A stretch of DNA of 64,000 nucleotides from Parasynechococcus sp. GTDB taxonomy: Bacteria; Cyanobacteriota; Cyanobacteriia; PCC-6307; Cyanobiaceae. The stretch is taken from NCBI RefSeq assembly GCF_042954325.1, contig NZ_JBGKDS010000025.1:1255-65254 (forward strand). The letters run 5' to 3'. A program made the position numbers and the translations under genes. This document shows, in pieces, positions 8,856-19,700 of this stretch (positions are counted from its first letter, which is position 1; each line of letters starts with the position of its first letter). The notes under the pieces were generated by a model, which searched no databases, was not told the origin of the DNA, and saw only the letters and a program-made list of their open reading frames with translations.

Positions 8856-9803
8856 ATGGCGCAGCCGCGCATTGGCCAAAAAGTCGTGGTGGACGTGCCC
8901 GCCACCACCGCGAACCTTGGTCCAGGCTTCGATTGCCTTGGGGCTGCCCTTGATCTCAACAACCGATTCGCCATGCAACGGATCGAAGGGAGCGGCGAAC
9001 GCTTTGAGCTGATCATCGAAGGCTCCGAGGGCACTCACCTCCGTGGAGGGCCAGACAACCTGGTGTATCGCGCCGCGCAACGGGTGTGGAAAGCAGCGGG
9101 CATTGAACCGGTTGCACTGGAAGCACGGGTTCGCCTTGCTGTCCCCCCAGCTCGGGGGTTGGGCAGCAGTGCCACAGCCATCGTCGCCGGGCTGATGGGT
9201 GCCAATGCCTTGGTCGGTGAGCCCCTGAGTAAGGAGAAACTGCTGGAATTGGCGATCGATATTGAGGGGCATCCCGACAACGTGGTTCCGTCGCTGTTGG
9301 GGGGGCTCTGCATGACGGCCAAGGCAGCCTCCCAACGCTGGCGTGTCGTGCGCTGCGAGTGGACCCACGCGGTGAAAGCTGTCGTGGCGATCCCGTCCAT
9401 CCGCCTGAGTACCAGTGAGGCAAGGCGGGCCATGCCCAAAACGATCCCAGTCAGTGATGCAGTCACCAACCTTGGCGCCCTCACCCTTCTGCTGCAGGGG
9501 TTAAGAACGGGCAACGGTGATCTCATCGCCGATGGAATGCACGACCGGCTGCATGAGCCTTACCGCTGGCGGCTGATCAAAGGCGGCGAAGAGGTTCGCA
9601 AGGCAGCCATCGATGCCGGTGCCTGGGGTTGCGCCATCAGTGGCGCCGGGCCAAGCATCCTGGCGCTGTGTTCAGCGGACAAAGGCACAGCCATCAGTCG
9701 TGCCATGGTTCGAGCATGGGAGGCCGTTGGCGTCGCCAGTCGCGCACCGGTGCTGAACCTGCAGACCTCGGGAAGCCATTGGCAGACAGCTTCTCCTGAG
9801 TAG
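8856..9803 (+). CDS. thrB: Homoserine kinase
   Basis: VPATTANLGPGFDCLG, PPARGLGSSA, EGHPDN, ISGAGPS. Confidence 0.97.
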   Translation: MAQPRIGQKVVVDVPATTANLGPGFDCLGAALDLNNRFAMQRIEGSGERFELIIEGSEGTHLRGGPDNLVYRAAQRVWKAAGIEPVALEARVRLAVPPARGLGSSATAIVAGLMGANALVGEPLSKEKLLELAIDIEGHPDNVVPSLLGGLCMTAKAASQRWRVVRCEWTHAVKAVVAIPSIRLSTSEARRAMPKTIPVSDAVTNLGALTLLLQGLRTGNGDLIADGMHDRLHEPYRWRLIKGGEEVRKAAIDAGAWGCAISGAGPSILALCSADKGTAISRAMVRAWEAVGVASRAPVLNLQTSGSHWQTASPE

Positions 9804-9860
9804 AACTACCCAAACTTGGCACTTGGGCTGATAGCTTTGTTTACAAATTTTGGGAGTGCC

Positions 9861-11432
9861 ATGGACGCCGATCTGCCAATGCTGGCCGCGTCCACCGCAG
9901 ACTTCCCTTGGCTTTCCCTGATTGTGCTGCTCCCGATCGCGGGAGCACTGCTGATGCCGCTGCTGCCGGCCAATGAGGAGCGGAATCCTGAACTGCCCCG
10001 CAACATCACCTTGGTGGTGCTGCTGGCCGATCTGATCCTGATGCTGGTGGCCTTCGCCACCCAATTCGACTCATCGTTGCCGGGACTGCAACTCGTCGAA
10101 CGGATCAGTTGGGTCCCAATCATTGGTCTGGAATGGTCGCTCGGTGCAGACGGACTTTCCGCGCCACTGGTGGTTCTCAGCGGACTCGTCACGCTGTTGT
10201 CGGTGGCGGCGAGTTGGTCGGTCAAGCTCAAACCAAGGCTGTACTTCGCCTTGCTTCTGGTTCAGGCATCCGCCCAGGGCCTGGTCTTTCTCTCACAGGA
10301 CTTTCTGCTGTTCTTCCTGGCCTGGGAGCTTGAGCTGGTCCCGGTTTATCTCTTAATTGCGATCTGGGGAGGACAGAACCGCCAATACGCCGCCACCAAA
10401 TTCATCCTTTACACGGCGCTGGCTTCGCTGCTCATCCTGATCAGTGGCCTGGCACTGGCTCTCTCCGGCGATACCTTCACCCTCAACCTCAGTGAATTGG
10501 CCGCGCGGTCCCCGGGTGGAACCTTTGGATTGCTGTGTTACCTCGGATTCCTGATCGGCTTCGGGGTGAAGTTGCCGATGTTCCCTCTTCACACCTGGTT
10601 ACCGGATGCTCACGGTGAGGCCAACGCCCCGGTCTCGATGCTTCTCGCCGGGGTGCTGCTGAAGATGGGCGGTTACGCCTTACTCCGCTTCAACGTGCAG
10701 ATGCTGCCCGAAGCACACCTTCAGTTGGCACCAGCGCTGGTGATCCTGGGCATTGTCAATATCGTCTACGGCGCTCTGAACGCCTTTGCCCAGGACAACG
10801 TCAAGCGCCGCATCGCTTGCAGCTCAGTCAGCCATATGGGCTTCGTGCTGCTGGGGATCGGTGCGGTCAATGCCCTTGGCATCAGCGGCGCCATGCTTCA
10901 GATGGTGAGCCATGGTCTGATCGCCGCGGCCATGTTCTTCTTCACTGGCGTGTTTTACGAACGCACCAAGACCCTGTCGATCCCCAACATGGGCGGATTG
11001 GCCAAAGCCCTTCCCATCACCTTCGCCTTCTTCCTGGCCAGTTCTCTGGCGTCCTTGGCCTTGCCTGGAATGAGCGGATTCATCAGCGAGATCACCATCT
11101 TCCTGGGTGTGACCAGTCAGGAGAGCTTCACCTCCCTGTTCCGATCCATCACCGTGTTGCTGGCGGCCATCGGCCTCGTGCTCACACCGATCTATCTGCT
11201 CTCAATGTGCCGGCGCGTGTTCTTCGGACCGAGGATTCCCGCCTTGGCGGTGATCGAGGACATGCGTCCCCGTGAGCTGGTGATCGGACTCACCCTGCTC
11301 GTTCCCACCCTGGTGATCGGGATTTGGCCACGGGTGGCCATGGACCTCTACGAGTCATCAACGGATGCCCTGGCCGAACTGCTGAGCCAGCACAGCCTTG
11401 TGGCTCTGGCCCAACAACTGAGCATCGGTTAA
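9861..11432 (+). CDS. ndhD: NAD(P)H-quinone oxidoreductase subunit 4 (NdhD paralogue not linked to ndhF)
   Basis: [56 protein letters not shown]. Confidence 0.93.
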   Translation: MDADLPMLAASTADFPWLSLIVLLPIAGALLMPLLPANEERNPELPRNITLVVLLADLILMLVAFATQFDSSLPGLQLVERISWVPIIGLEWSLGADGLSAPLVVLSGLVTLLSVAASWSVKLKPRLYFALLLVQASAQGLVFLSQDFLLFFLAWELELVPVYLLIAIWGGQNRQYAATKFILYTALASLLILISGLALALSGDTFTLNLSELAARSPGGTFGLLCYLGFLIGFGVKLPMFPLHTWLPDAHGEANAPVSMLLAGVLLKMGGYALLRFNVQMLPEAHLQLAPALVILGIVNIVYGALNAFAQDNVKRRIACSSVSHMGFVLLGIGAVNALGISGAMLQMVSHGLIAAAMFFFTGVFYERTKTLSIPNMGGLAKALPITFAFFLASSLASLALPGMSGFISEITIFLGVTSQESFTSLFRSITVLLAAIGLVLTPIYLLSMCRRVFFGPRIPALAVIEDMRPRELVIGLTLLVPTLVIGIWPRVAMDLYESSTDALAELLSQHSLVALAQQLSIG

Positions 11433-11437
11433 TCGAC

Positions 11438-13540
11438 ATGACAAACACCTCCCCCCTGCTTGCTGGCTCAGGTCTGCCCGCGTTTTCGACCATCACGCCC
11501 GCCATGGTGTCGGCGGATCTCCCTCAGCTGCTCAGCCAGCTCGAGGCAGAACTGAAGGCACTGGAACAGAACCTCGAGCAGCGGTTCGATAGCTCTGAGC
11601 CATTGCGTTGGTCGCAGGTGATGCGTCCGCTTCAGACCATCGGCGAAGCACTGCGGTGGAGCTGGGGTGTGGTGTCCCACCTCAATGGTGTTTGTAATTC
11701 CAGCGAACTGAGACAAGCCCATGCCGCCCAGCAACCGGAGGTGGTACGACTCGGCAACCGGCTCGGGCAGAGCCGTGTGATCTACAAAGCGCTCTGTCTG
11801 CTGCGCGATCGGCCCGCGGAACCGTTGAATCCGGCCCAGAGCCGGATCCTGAAGGCTGAACTGCTCTCGATGGACCAGCGCGGCGTCGGACTCGACGGCG
11901 ACAAGCAGTCGGCATTCAATGCAGCCTCCGAGCGACTTGCTGAGCTCTCCACACAATTCGGCAATCACGTCCTGGATGCCACGCAGCAGTGGACCCTGCG
12001 CTTGACCGAACCCAGCGAAGTCGACGGATTGCCGGAGCGGGCGCGGGAAGCCCTGGCCGCCGCAGCCCGTGAAGCCGGTGATCCCGATGCCACGGCCGCC
12101 GCTGGCCCCTGGTTGCTGGGCCTGGACATGCCGCGTTACTTGCCATTCCTGACCCATGCCACCAACCGCACCCTGAGGGAAACCGCCTACAAGGCCCATG
12201 TCAGCCGTGCCAGTTCCGGTGAGCTCGACAACCGCGCGCTGATCGAAGAAATTCTGACGCTGCGTCAGCAGCAAGCTGAGCGACTCGGCTACAGCCACTG
12301 GGCGGACCTGAGCCTGGCCAGCAAAATGGCCGAGGATGTGCCGGCGGTGGAAGCCCTGCTGGAGGAACTGCGGGTCGCTGCCCTCCCAGCTGCACAGCAG
12401 GAATTAACTGATCTCAAAGCCTGCGCGGCCCGACAAGGCTGCTCAGAAGCCGATCAACTCGCACCGTGGGATCTGCCCTTCTGGTCAGAACGACTGCGCC
12501 AAGAACGGTTTGACCTGGACCAGGAAGCCCTGCGCCCCTGGTTCCCACTGCCACAGGTTCTCGACGGACTCTTCGGGCTGTGCAAACGCCTGTTCAAGGT
12601 GGACATTCAAGCTGCCGATGGTGAAGCACCGATCTGGCATGAGGACGTCCGCTACTTCAAGGTTTTCAGCGCCGATGGCGAGCTGATCGCAGCCTTCTAT
12701 CTGGATCCCTTCAGTCGTCCGGCCAGCAAACGCGGCGGCGCCTGGATGGATGAATGCCTGGGACGACGTCGGCTCAACGATGGTGAGCTCGTGCATCCTG
12801 TGGCCTACCTGATCTGCAACCAAACACCGCCGGTCGGAGACACCCCCAGCCTGATGAGTTTCGAGGAAGTCGAAACCCTCTTCCACGAGTTTGGCCACGG
12901 CCTCCAGCACATGCTCACCACCGTGGACGAACCCGATGCCGCAGGCATCAGCAATGTCGAATGGGATGCCGTCGAACTGCCCAGCCAATTCATGGAGAAC
13001 TGGTGCCTGGATCGCAGCACCCTCATGGGCATGGCGCGCCACTGGCAGACCGGTGAACCCCTCCCGGAACAGGAATTCCAGAAACTTCAACAGAGCCGAA
13101 CGTTCAATGCCGGTCTGGCCACCCTGCGCCAGGTGCATTTCGCCCTGACCGATCTGAGGCTGCACAGCAGCTGGACCAAGGATCTGGGACTCACGCCCAA
13201 TGGGCTGCGCTTGCAGATCGCCGAAACCACCACGGTGATGGCACCGATCCCGGAGGACCACTTCCTCTGTGCCTTCGGCCACATCTTTGCCGGCGGCTAT
13301 TCCGCTGGGTACTACTCCTACAAATGGGCAGAAGTGCTCAGTGCCGATGCCTTCGCGGCCTTCGAAGAAGTGGGTCTCGACAGCGAGGACGACATTCAGG
13401 CCACGGGCGCCCGGTTCCGGGACACGGTGCTCAGCCTCGGCGGCAGTCAATCTCCAGCCGAGGTGTTCGCCGCATTCCGGGGGCGTCCAGCCAGCACCGA
13501 AGCCCTGATTCGTCACTCTGGCCTCGTGGCAGCAGCCTGA
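11438..13540 (+). CDS. prlC: Oligopeptidase A, peptidase M3
   Basis: FHEFGHGLQHML, VELPSQFME, YSAGYYSYKWAE. Confidence 0.95.
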   Translation: MTNTSPLLAGSGLPAFSTITPAMVSADLPQLLSQLEAELKALEQNLEQRFDSSEPLRWSQVMRPLQTIGEALRWSWGVVSHLNGVCNSSELRQAHAAQQPEVVRLGNRLGQSRVIYKALCLLRDRPAEPLNPAQSRILKAELLSMDQRGVGLDGDKQSAFNAASERLAELSTQFGNHVLDATQQWTLRLTEPSEVDGLPERAREALAAAAREAGDPDATAAAGPWLLGLDMPRYLPFLTHATNRTLRETAYKAHVSRASSGELDNRALIEEILTLRQQQAERLGYSHWADLSLASKMAEDVPAVEALLEELRVAALPAAQQELTDLKACAARQGCSEADQLAPWDLPFWSERLRQERFDLDQEALRPWFPLPQVLDGLFGLCKRLFKVDIQAADGEAPIWHEDVRYFKVFSADGELIAAFYLDPFSRPASKRGGAWMDECLGRRRLNDGELVHPVAYLICNQTPPVGDTPSLMSFEEVETLFHEFGHGLQHMLTTVDEPDAAGISNVEWDAVELPSQFMENWCLDRSTLMGMARHWQTGEPLPEQEFQKLQQSRTFNAGLATLRQVHFALTDLRLHSSWTKDLGLTPNGLRLQIAETTTVMAPIPEDHFLCAFGHIFAGGYSAGYYSYKWAEVLSADAFAAFEEVGLDSEDDIQATGARFRDTVLSLGGSQSPAEVFAAFRGRPASTEALIRHSGLVAAA

Positions 13541-13541
13541 T

Positions 13542-14135
13542 TCAACGCGCCTCGAGATCCCCTTTGAGCTGGGCCAGTGCTCTGGGGTGGGCAATCAGCT
13601 GTTGATGGGTCCAGACAGGGATGCGCTGCCTGGACCCGGTGGGCAACACCGCTCGCCAACCGGGACACACCATCAGATCCCAGCTGCAGTAATAACTCCG
13701 ACAGCAGATTCGGATGAGCGCCGAGGGATCTCGGTTCAGATCGCGAAGCAGAGCACTGCCGAGCTTCATATCCGCTGCGCCCGCCAGCAGCGCTCGAGGA
13801 AGCGGCAAGGCCGCCAGAGTGCCGTTCTGCGGACTGCCAACACTGAAGAAACGCCGAACCCGCTCAGCGCCATTGCGTTCTTGCAACCAGATCCGACCGA
13901 TCACACCACCCATCGAAAAGCCGAGCAGGTCGAGCTCCTGGGTGTCTCCAAAACGGTCTCTGATGTGTTGATCCAGTTGAGCCGCAAGCTGTCGCAACGG
14001 CACAACGCCAAGGCCATGGGGCAAATGAGGAATCAGCAACGGCCGATCCCATGAGGGATCGAGGGCCTGCACGAGGGGACGAAACAACCGCGGAGTGTCC
14101 CAGAGGCCATGGACTAGGACCAGGGGACGAGTCAT
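13542..14135 (-). CDS. Alpha/beta hydrolase (lipase/esterase-like)
   Basis: LVHGLWD, GFSMGG nucleophile elbow, SPQNGT. Confidence 0.85.
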   Translation of the reverse strand: MTRPLVLVHGLWDTPRLFRPLVQALDPSWDRPLLIPHLPHGLGVVPLRQLAAQLDQHIRDRFGDTQELDLLGFSMGGVIGRIWLQERNGAERVRRFFSVGSPQNGTLAALPLPRALLAGAADMKLGSALLRDLNRDPSALIRICCRSYYCSWDLMVCPGWRAVLPTGSRQRIPVWTHQQLIAHPRALAQLKGDLEAR

Positions 14136-14533
14136 GGAACTTGGGTTGGCGCACCATGGCGACAACGCTCAATGGCGACCTCACCGGAGAAACCCGGCAC
14201 GGGTGCCGCACACTTCGTCAGCTTCAACCAGACGGGATAGGGGCCGTACAACCTCTCCAGGCAATCGAGCATGAGGGCACTGAAGTGTTCGATCGTCAGA
14301 CAGCAGGTCTCTCTGGACAATGTCTGCAGCGCCTGAATCGCCTTGCTGTAGTCCAGGCTGGCGGCGAGATCATCGTTTTGAGCCGCCTGGGAGACGTCGA
14401 GCCACAACCGCAGATCGACCCGAAACCACTGGCCATCACGCCGCTCATGGTCCAGCACACCGACGTGGGCCCAGAGCCGGAGATCCGTGACATGGATCAC
14501 CGCCTGATCCGCTGATGAATCCGGGGACATCAT
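14132..14533 (-). CDS. folB: Dihydroneopterin aldolase
   Basis: [27 protein letters not shown] overlap with the proA stop. Confidence 0.9.
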   Translation of the reverse strand: MMSPDSSADQAVIHVTDLRLWAHVGVLDHERRDGQWFRVDLRLWLDVSQAAQNDDLAASLDYSKAIQALQTLSRETCCLTIEHFSALMLDCLERLYGPYPVWLKLTKCAAPVPGFSGEVAIERCRHGAPTQVP

Positions 14534-15840
14534 CCGAGCGGAAGGTCGCGATGGCTGAACTGGCGCTTGCCGGAGGCAAAATCAGCGGCGATATGTCCAT
14601 CACCTCGAAGCACATAGCGATAGGTCACCAGACCATCCAGTCCGACAGGCCCTCGGGGGGGGAGCGTCTGGGTGCTGATGCCGACCTCCGCACCAAAGCC
14701 GTAGCGAAAGCCGTCGGCAAAACGACTGGAACAGTTGTGGTACACCCCAGCGCTATCCACAGCGGCGAGGAAACGCGTCGCTGCGGCTTGATCCTCAGTG
14801 ACGATCACCTCGGTGTGGCGTGAGCCATAGCGGCGAATGTGATCCATCGCCTCAGCCATGGAATCGACCACACGGACCGCCAAAATCAGATCGAGATATT
14901 CCGTTGACCAGTCCTCATCGGTCGCAGGGGATGGAACGCCGAGCGCCTGACTGGCCGGATCACCGCGCAGGCTGACCCCAGCGTCCGCAAAGGCAGGACA
15001 GGCCAGGGCCAGAAACGCTTGGGCCACGGTCCGGTGGATCAGCAACGTCTCAACGGCATTGCATGCAGCGGGGTACTGCGTCTTGCTGTCGATCGCGATG
15101 GTCACAGCCTTGCCGAGATCGGCCGCTGCATCGACAAACAGATGACAGATGCCATCGGCGTGGCCCAACACGGGAATCCGGGTGTTGTCCTGAATGAACT
15201 GGACCAGTTCGTTGCTGCCACGGGGAATGATCAGATCCACCAGGCCATCGAGGCGCAACAGAGCCAAGCTCTCCTGACGGGTGGTCAGCAACGTCAGCGC
15301 CTCCGGTGAAACGGCGCTGCTGACGAGACCATCTTTGAGCGCATGCATCACCGCTTCATTGGTACAGCGGGCCTCACTGCCACCTTTGAGGATGGCGCCA
15401 TTGCCAGAACGAATCGCCAGTGAGGCGATCTGCACCACCGCATCCGGCCGCGCTTCAAAAATCACCCCAACAACGCCCACTGGAACGCTGATCCGTTCCA
15501 GCACAAGGCCTTGATCCAGCTCTCGGTGCAATTGGCGTTGACCGAGGGGATCCGCCAGGTCCGCCACCTTGCGGACACCATCAATGGCGCCGCTGAGCTT
15601 GGCGGCATCCAACTTCAGACGCGCCATCAAGGCCGAGGCCAGACCGGCCTCAGCCGATCGAGATAAGTCCTCCTGATTGGCAGCAACGATGGCGTCCGCG
15701 TGCCGCTCCAGAGCATCCGCCATGGCATGTAGGGCCTGAGCGCGTTGGCTGCCCGTGGTCTGACCAAGGTCCACAGCTGCCAGACGCACAGCACCGGCTC
15801 TCTGGAGCAGTTCCGGCGACGGCTCGGGAACGCTGGTCAT
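14530..15840 (-). CDS. proA: Gamma-glutamyl phosphate reductase
   Basis: [54 protein letters not shown]. Confidence 0.97.
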   Translation of the reverse strand: MTSVPEPSPELLQRAGAVRLAAVDLGQTTGSQRAQALHAMADALERHADAIVAANQEDLSRSAEAGLASALMARLKLDAAKLSGAIDGVRKVADLADPLGQRQLHRELDQGLVLERISVPVGVVGVIFEARPDAVVQIASLAIRSGNGAILKGGSEARCTNEAVMHALKDGLVSSAVSPEALTLLTTRQESLALLRLDGLVDLIIPRGSNELVQFIQDNTRIPVLGHADGICHLFVDAAADLGKAVTIAIDSKTQYPAACNAVETLLIHRTVAQAFLALACPAFADAGVSLRGDPASQALGVPSPATDEDWSTEYLDLILAVRVVDSMAEAMDHIRRYGSRHTEVIVTEDQAAATRFLAAVDSAGVYHNCSSRFADGFRYGFGAEVGISTQTLPPRGPVGLDGLVTYRYVLRGDGHIAADFASGKRQFSHRDLPLG

Positions 15841-15854
15841 GCGGTCGGAAAGAG

Positions 15855-16769
15855 TCAGAGACGATCCATCATCCCGCCCAGCCTCTGCAGAGCAAGACAC
15901 GCCGCACCCAGACGCCCCGCACCATTTCCGAGGGAACAGGCCTGAATGCAGAGGTTCTCCCGAGAGACCGCCTGAACACGACGGGTCACCTCGGAACGGA
16001 CCGCCGGCAGAAAGTACTCCGCCGCTCCGGCCAACCCACCGCCGAGCAGAACCAGTTGCGGAGTGAAGACGTACACCAGGGAACTGACGCCAACCCCAAG
16101 GGTGGTGCCATAGCGCTGCCAGACGGCAAGGGCCTCTGGATCCCCTTGCTCGGCCAGCAGGCTGAGCTGACGGGGGTCCTGATCGCACAACCGACGCAGG
16201 CCGGAAATGCTGGCGTACTGCTCAAGGGAGCCGCTGTTGCCGCTATTGCATGGGGGGCCGTCTGGGGTCACACCGATCAGACCTGGCTCAGCCGCTGCAC
16301 CGTTGTGGCCGGTGAACAGCTGACCGGACAGCAGCACACCTCCACCAACACCGGTTCCAAGGGTGAGCAGCACCACATCATCAAATCCTTGGGCCGCCCC
16401 CTTCCAGGCTTCCCCGACCACCGCGCAGTTGCCGTCATTGGCGAGGGTGACACGACGGTCGAGCCTGGATTCCAACCAGTCAGCCAGGGGGACGTCCTCC
16501 CACCCAGGCAGATTGATACAGACCCTGGCCACGCGGGCCGCAGCATCCATCGGCCCTGGAAGGCCAACACCAACGCAGCCGGCCTCTCGATCGGGGTCAA
16601 GCTGCTCAATCGCCTCGGAGATGGCCATGGTCACGGCTCCAGGGGTCGCCGGTTGAGGCGTGGCTTGCTCGCACTCCGCCAGCACAGTGCCACCGGCGTC
16701 GAAGCGGGCAAGCTTGATCGCCGTGCCCCCGAGATCAACACCAATGACCTGATGCGGTGTGGAGCTCAT
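15855..16769 (-). CDS. ROK family sugar kinase
   Basis: [32 protein letters not shown]. Confidence 0.9.
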   Translation of the reverse strand: MSSTPHQVIGVDLGGTAIKLARFDAGGTVLAECEQATPQPATPGAVTMAISEAIEQLDPDREAGCVGVGLPGPMDAAARVARVCINLPGWEDVPLADWLESRLDRRVTLANDGNCAVVGEAWKGAAQGFDDVVLLTLGTGVGGGVLLSGQLFTGHNGAAAEPGLIGVTPDGPPCNSGNSGSLEQYASISGLRRLCDQDPRQLSLLAEQGDPEALAVWQRYGTTLGVGVSSLVYVFTPQLVLLGGGLAGAAEYFLPAVRSEVTRRVQAVSRENLCIQACSLGNGAGRLGAACLALQRLGGMMDRL

Positions 16770-16771
16770 TC

Positions 16772-19700
16772 CTAAAAGCGGAAGAACAATTGCAATTGGC
16801 TCTGCCACGTGCCGTTGCTGTCGACGGACCCGGTCACGGTGGTGTTGGGAGTGACTTGATAACTGATCGAAGCCTGGGGAGGGACATCACTGTTGTTCGG
16901 CGCTGACAGCACGGAGAAATCAAAGCGGTCGTTGACGTCGATCCCAATTTCCGTCACCAGGGTGAACGTTGGAGGAACACGGCCAGACGTCCGCTCCGAC
17001 TCGGATTTGACCTCCGGATTGACATAGGTGGGATACAGGGCGATCTGAAGTCGCTCTCCCATCACATCGGTGAGGCTGCCCAACACGGGCGACAGCAACG
17101 TCTGACCAACCACGGTGGCCAAGGCGGCACCACCACCTCCAGCGAGACCCGACAACGAGTTGCCACCAATCAAGGCGAGCACCTGCGGTTGCGGCATTGG
17201 AGGCGTACTGCGCAGATCCAAATTGCCCATCAAGCGATTCGCCGGTCCGGAAGCCTGAACACTGACTTTGACGAGTCGAAGCTGCCCACCGGGACCGAGA
17301 GCACCACTGCCATTGGTTTCGAAGACATTCGCCGTGGTCGTGCTGCTATCGCCTCCCTGCTGAACGTTGTCGGACACTCGGGTCTGCATCGCGATATCCA
17401 CAAAGGGCACAAGGCCCAACGAGGGAGTGAAGAGAGCGACGTTGGCCGCGCTGTTGTCGAGTCGGAAGGTGGTGGAGAACAAGCTGACCCGACCATTGGT
17501 CAGACGAACGAGCCCACGGGCCTGCAGAGACGGGTCGAGTGGACCGTTCAACAGGAGCTGACCACTGCCACGGAAACTGATCATGGGCGGCATCTCCACC
17601 CGCAGATCCGGACCGAGACGGAGCCGGAAGTTGCGGAAGCTCACCGTTGGGAGATTGGGGATCAGATCCTGGAGCTGTTCGGACGCCTCCAGAGGTGCTC
17701 CAGGTCCGATCAGAACCAGGGGCTCCTGGAAATCCCACTGCTCTTCAATCAGAGCGCGAAGGCCAACCGGTTCCGAGACCGTGGCCACCGACTGCTGAAT
17801 CCCGGAATCCAAGTCCGGAAAGGGCATCAACCCCTGGACTCCCCCACCCGAAGAACGGGACAGCAATCCCTCGCGCGGACGGATTGTGCCCTGATTGATG
17901 GTGAGCTCACCCGACAGCTCCGGCTGTGTGATGGCGCCTCGGATCTCGAGGCTCCCATCGGCGACAAAATCTGCCTTGGGCTGACGGACCCGCCCCTTGG
18001 TGATGGTGATCGTGAGTGGCTCCTCCTGCATCGCAGGGCGAAGCAGGGCCAGAGCACCACTCAGCTTGATGCTGCCCCCGGCAGCGAGCTCCGCCGAGCC
18101 TTCATTGACGACCAGTCGGTTGAAATCAAACAGCAGCGAAGCATTGATGCGACGCAGCTCCTGTCCTTGGATCGTGGCGGCAGCGTCCTGCACGTCCAGA
18201 AAACCGCTGACCTCAGGATCCAGTCGAGACCCCCGTAAGGACAGGTCCAATGCCGTCGTCCCACGGGTGACCTCCACGCCGGGACCAGTCAGCACGGTCA
18301 GGAACCGCAAGGCATCCTCATGGGCCTCGATGGTGAGATCCAGGCCGTCGTCGGCTGCCAGGGGAACGGTGCCGACAAGGGTGATCGGATGCGATGAACC
18401 GCTGCTTTTCAGAGCGAGATCAAGGGACAGACCCGATGCATCGAAACGGAGCGAATCCCGTTGCAGGGACAGGTCGGTCTCTCCAAGAGCGACCTGCTCG
18501 AACAGCAGCTCCGCCTCGATCTGCGGGCCTGCTTCGCCAAACGCATAACGCCCCCGAACGCCGCCGGCACCCCGTAGGGAGGCTGGAACTGGAACGAACA
18601 ACGCGAGCAGACCGACCGGAAGGTGCTCCAGGCTGAACTTGCCTTCACCTCCACGCAGCGGACCTTGAATGGAGGCAACAAACGGCTCGAGTTGCAGCAC
18701 ACGATCGCTGTCCTCGGTGGTGAGCCAGAGATGGCCTTTGACCTTCAGATCAAGGTTGAGTTGATCGAGGCCTGGCCCTGCAACGGTGAGATCGGCATCA
18801 AGGCGACCATCGAGATCATCAACGGACAGCCCCCGCTCAGGATTGGCCAGCGCATCATCCACAAGGGCCTGACGGGACCGCTGAAGGGCCCTCAACTGTC
18901 CATCGAGGCCACCGCCGAACGTGTCGATGACCAAGCGACCTAAATCGGCAGCACGACCCGGCGGTTCACCCGCCAGTGGATCCTTCTGTCTGAGCTGGCG
19001 CAGGGTGTCTGAAAGCCAGGCGGCATCCAGCCCCCGTGCCTTCAAGCCGCCCCGCAACCAACCTCCAGGCTGGCCCCGAAGCTCCACCGCCACGTCCCCG
19101 GGCTGCTCACGCACCGGCTGGAGCGTTCCATCGAGCTGAAAGCGATTGGTGTTGACCAGAGCTTTGGCCTGAACCTGCGCAACCCTGACCCCTCGATAGC
19201 CAAGGCCATCGAGGCTGAAATCGCCTTGCATCACCAACGGTGCAAAGGCCAACGACCCTGTTCCCGACAGCGATCCCACGACAGGCTCGAAGCGCTCGCT
19301 GCCCGGAGCCTGGAACTGCAAGCCAAGAAGAGCCAGCTGATCGGCACGCCAACGCACCAGATCCGCATCGCCTTGAAGGCTCAGATCTCCGCCCTGACGC
19401 TTGAGCTGAACAGAGCTGGGGCGACCATCCCTGCGGATGATCGCTGACAGCTGCCCTTCCACACTGGGGGCCAACGAGGCCATCCGCAGGGAAAGTGACG
19501 CGTCTGCAGTGCCCTCCAGGCGACCCCGCCAACGTTCCGGCAGCCGAAGCCCCGCCACGCTTGGGTGATCAACACCAATGCTGAGCTCAGGGCTGAGGGC
19601 AGACAAAGGACCGTTGATCTGACCCTGGAGGGAAGCGACACCACTCAGCTCGACACCCGCCAGGCCTGACAGGCGATCGAGGGAATACCGAGACAGCGCC

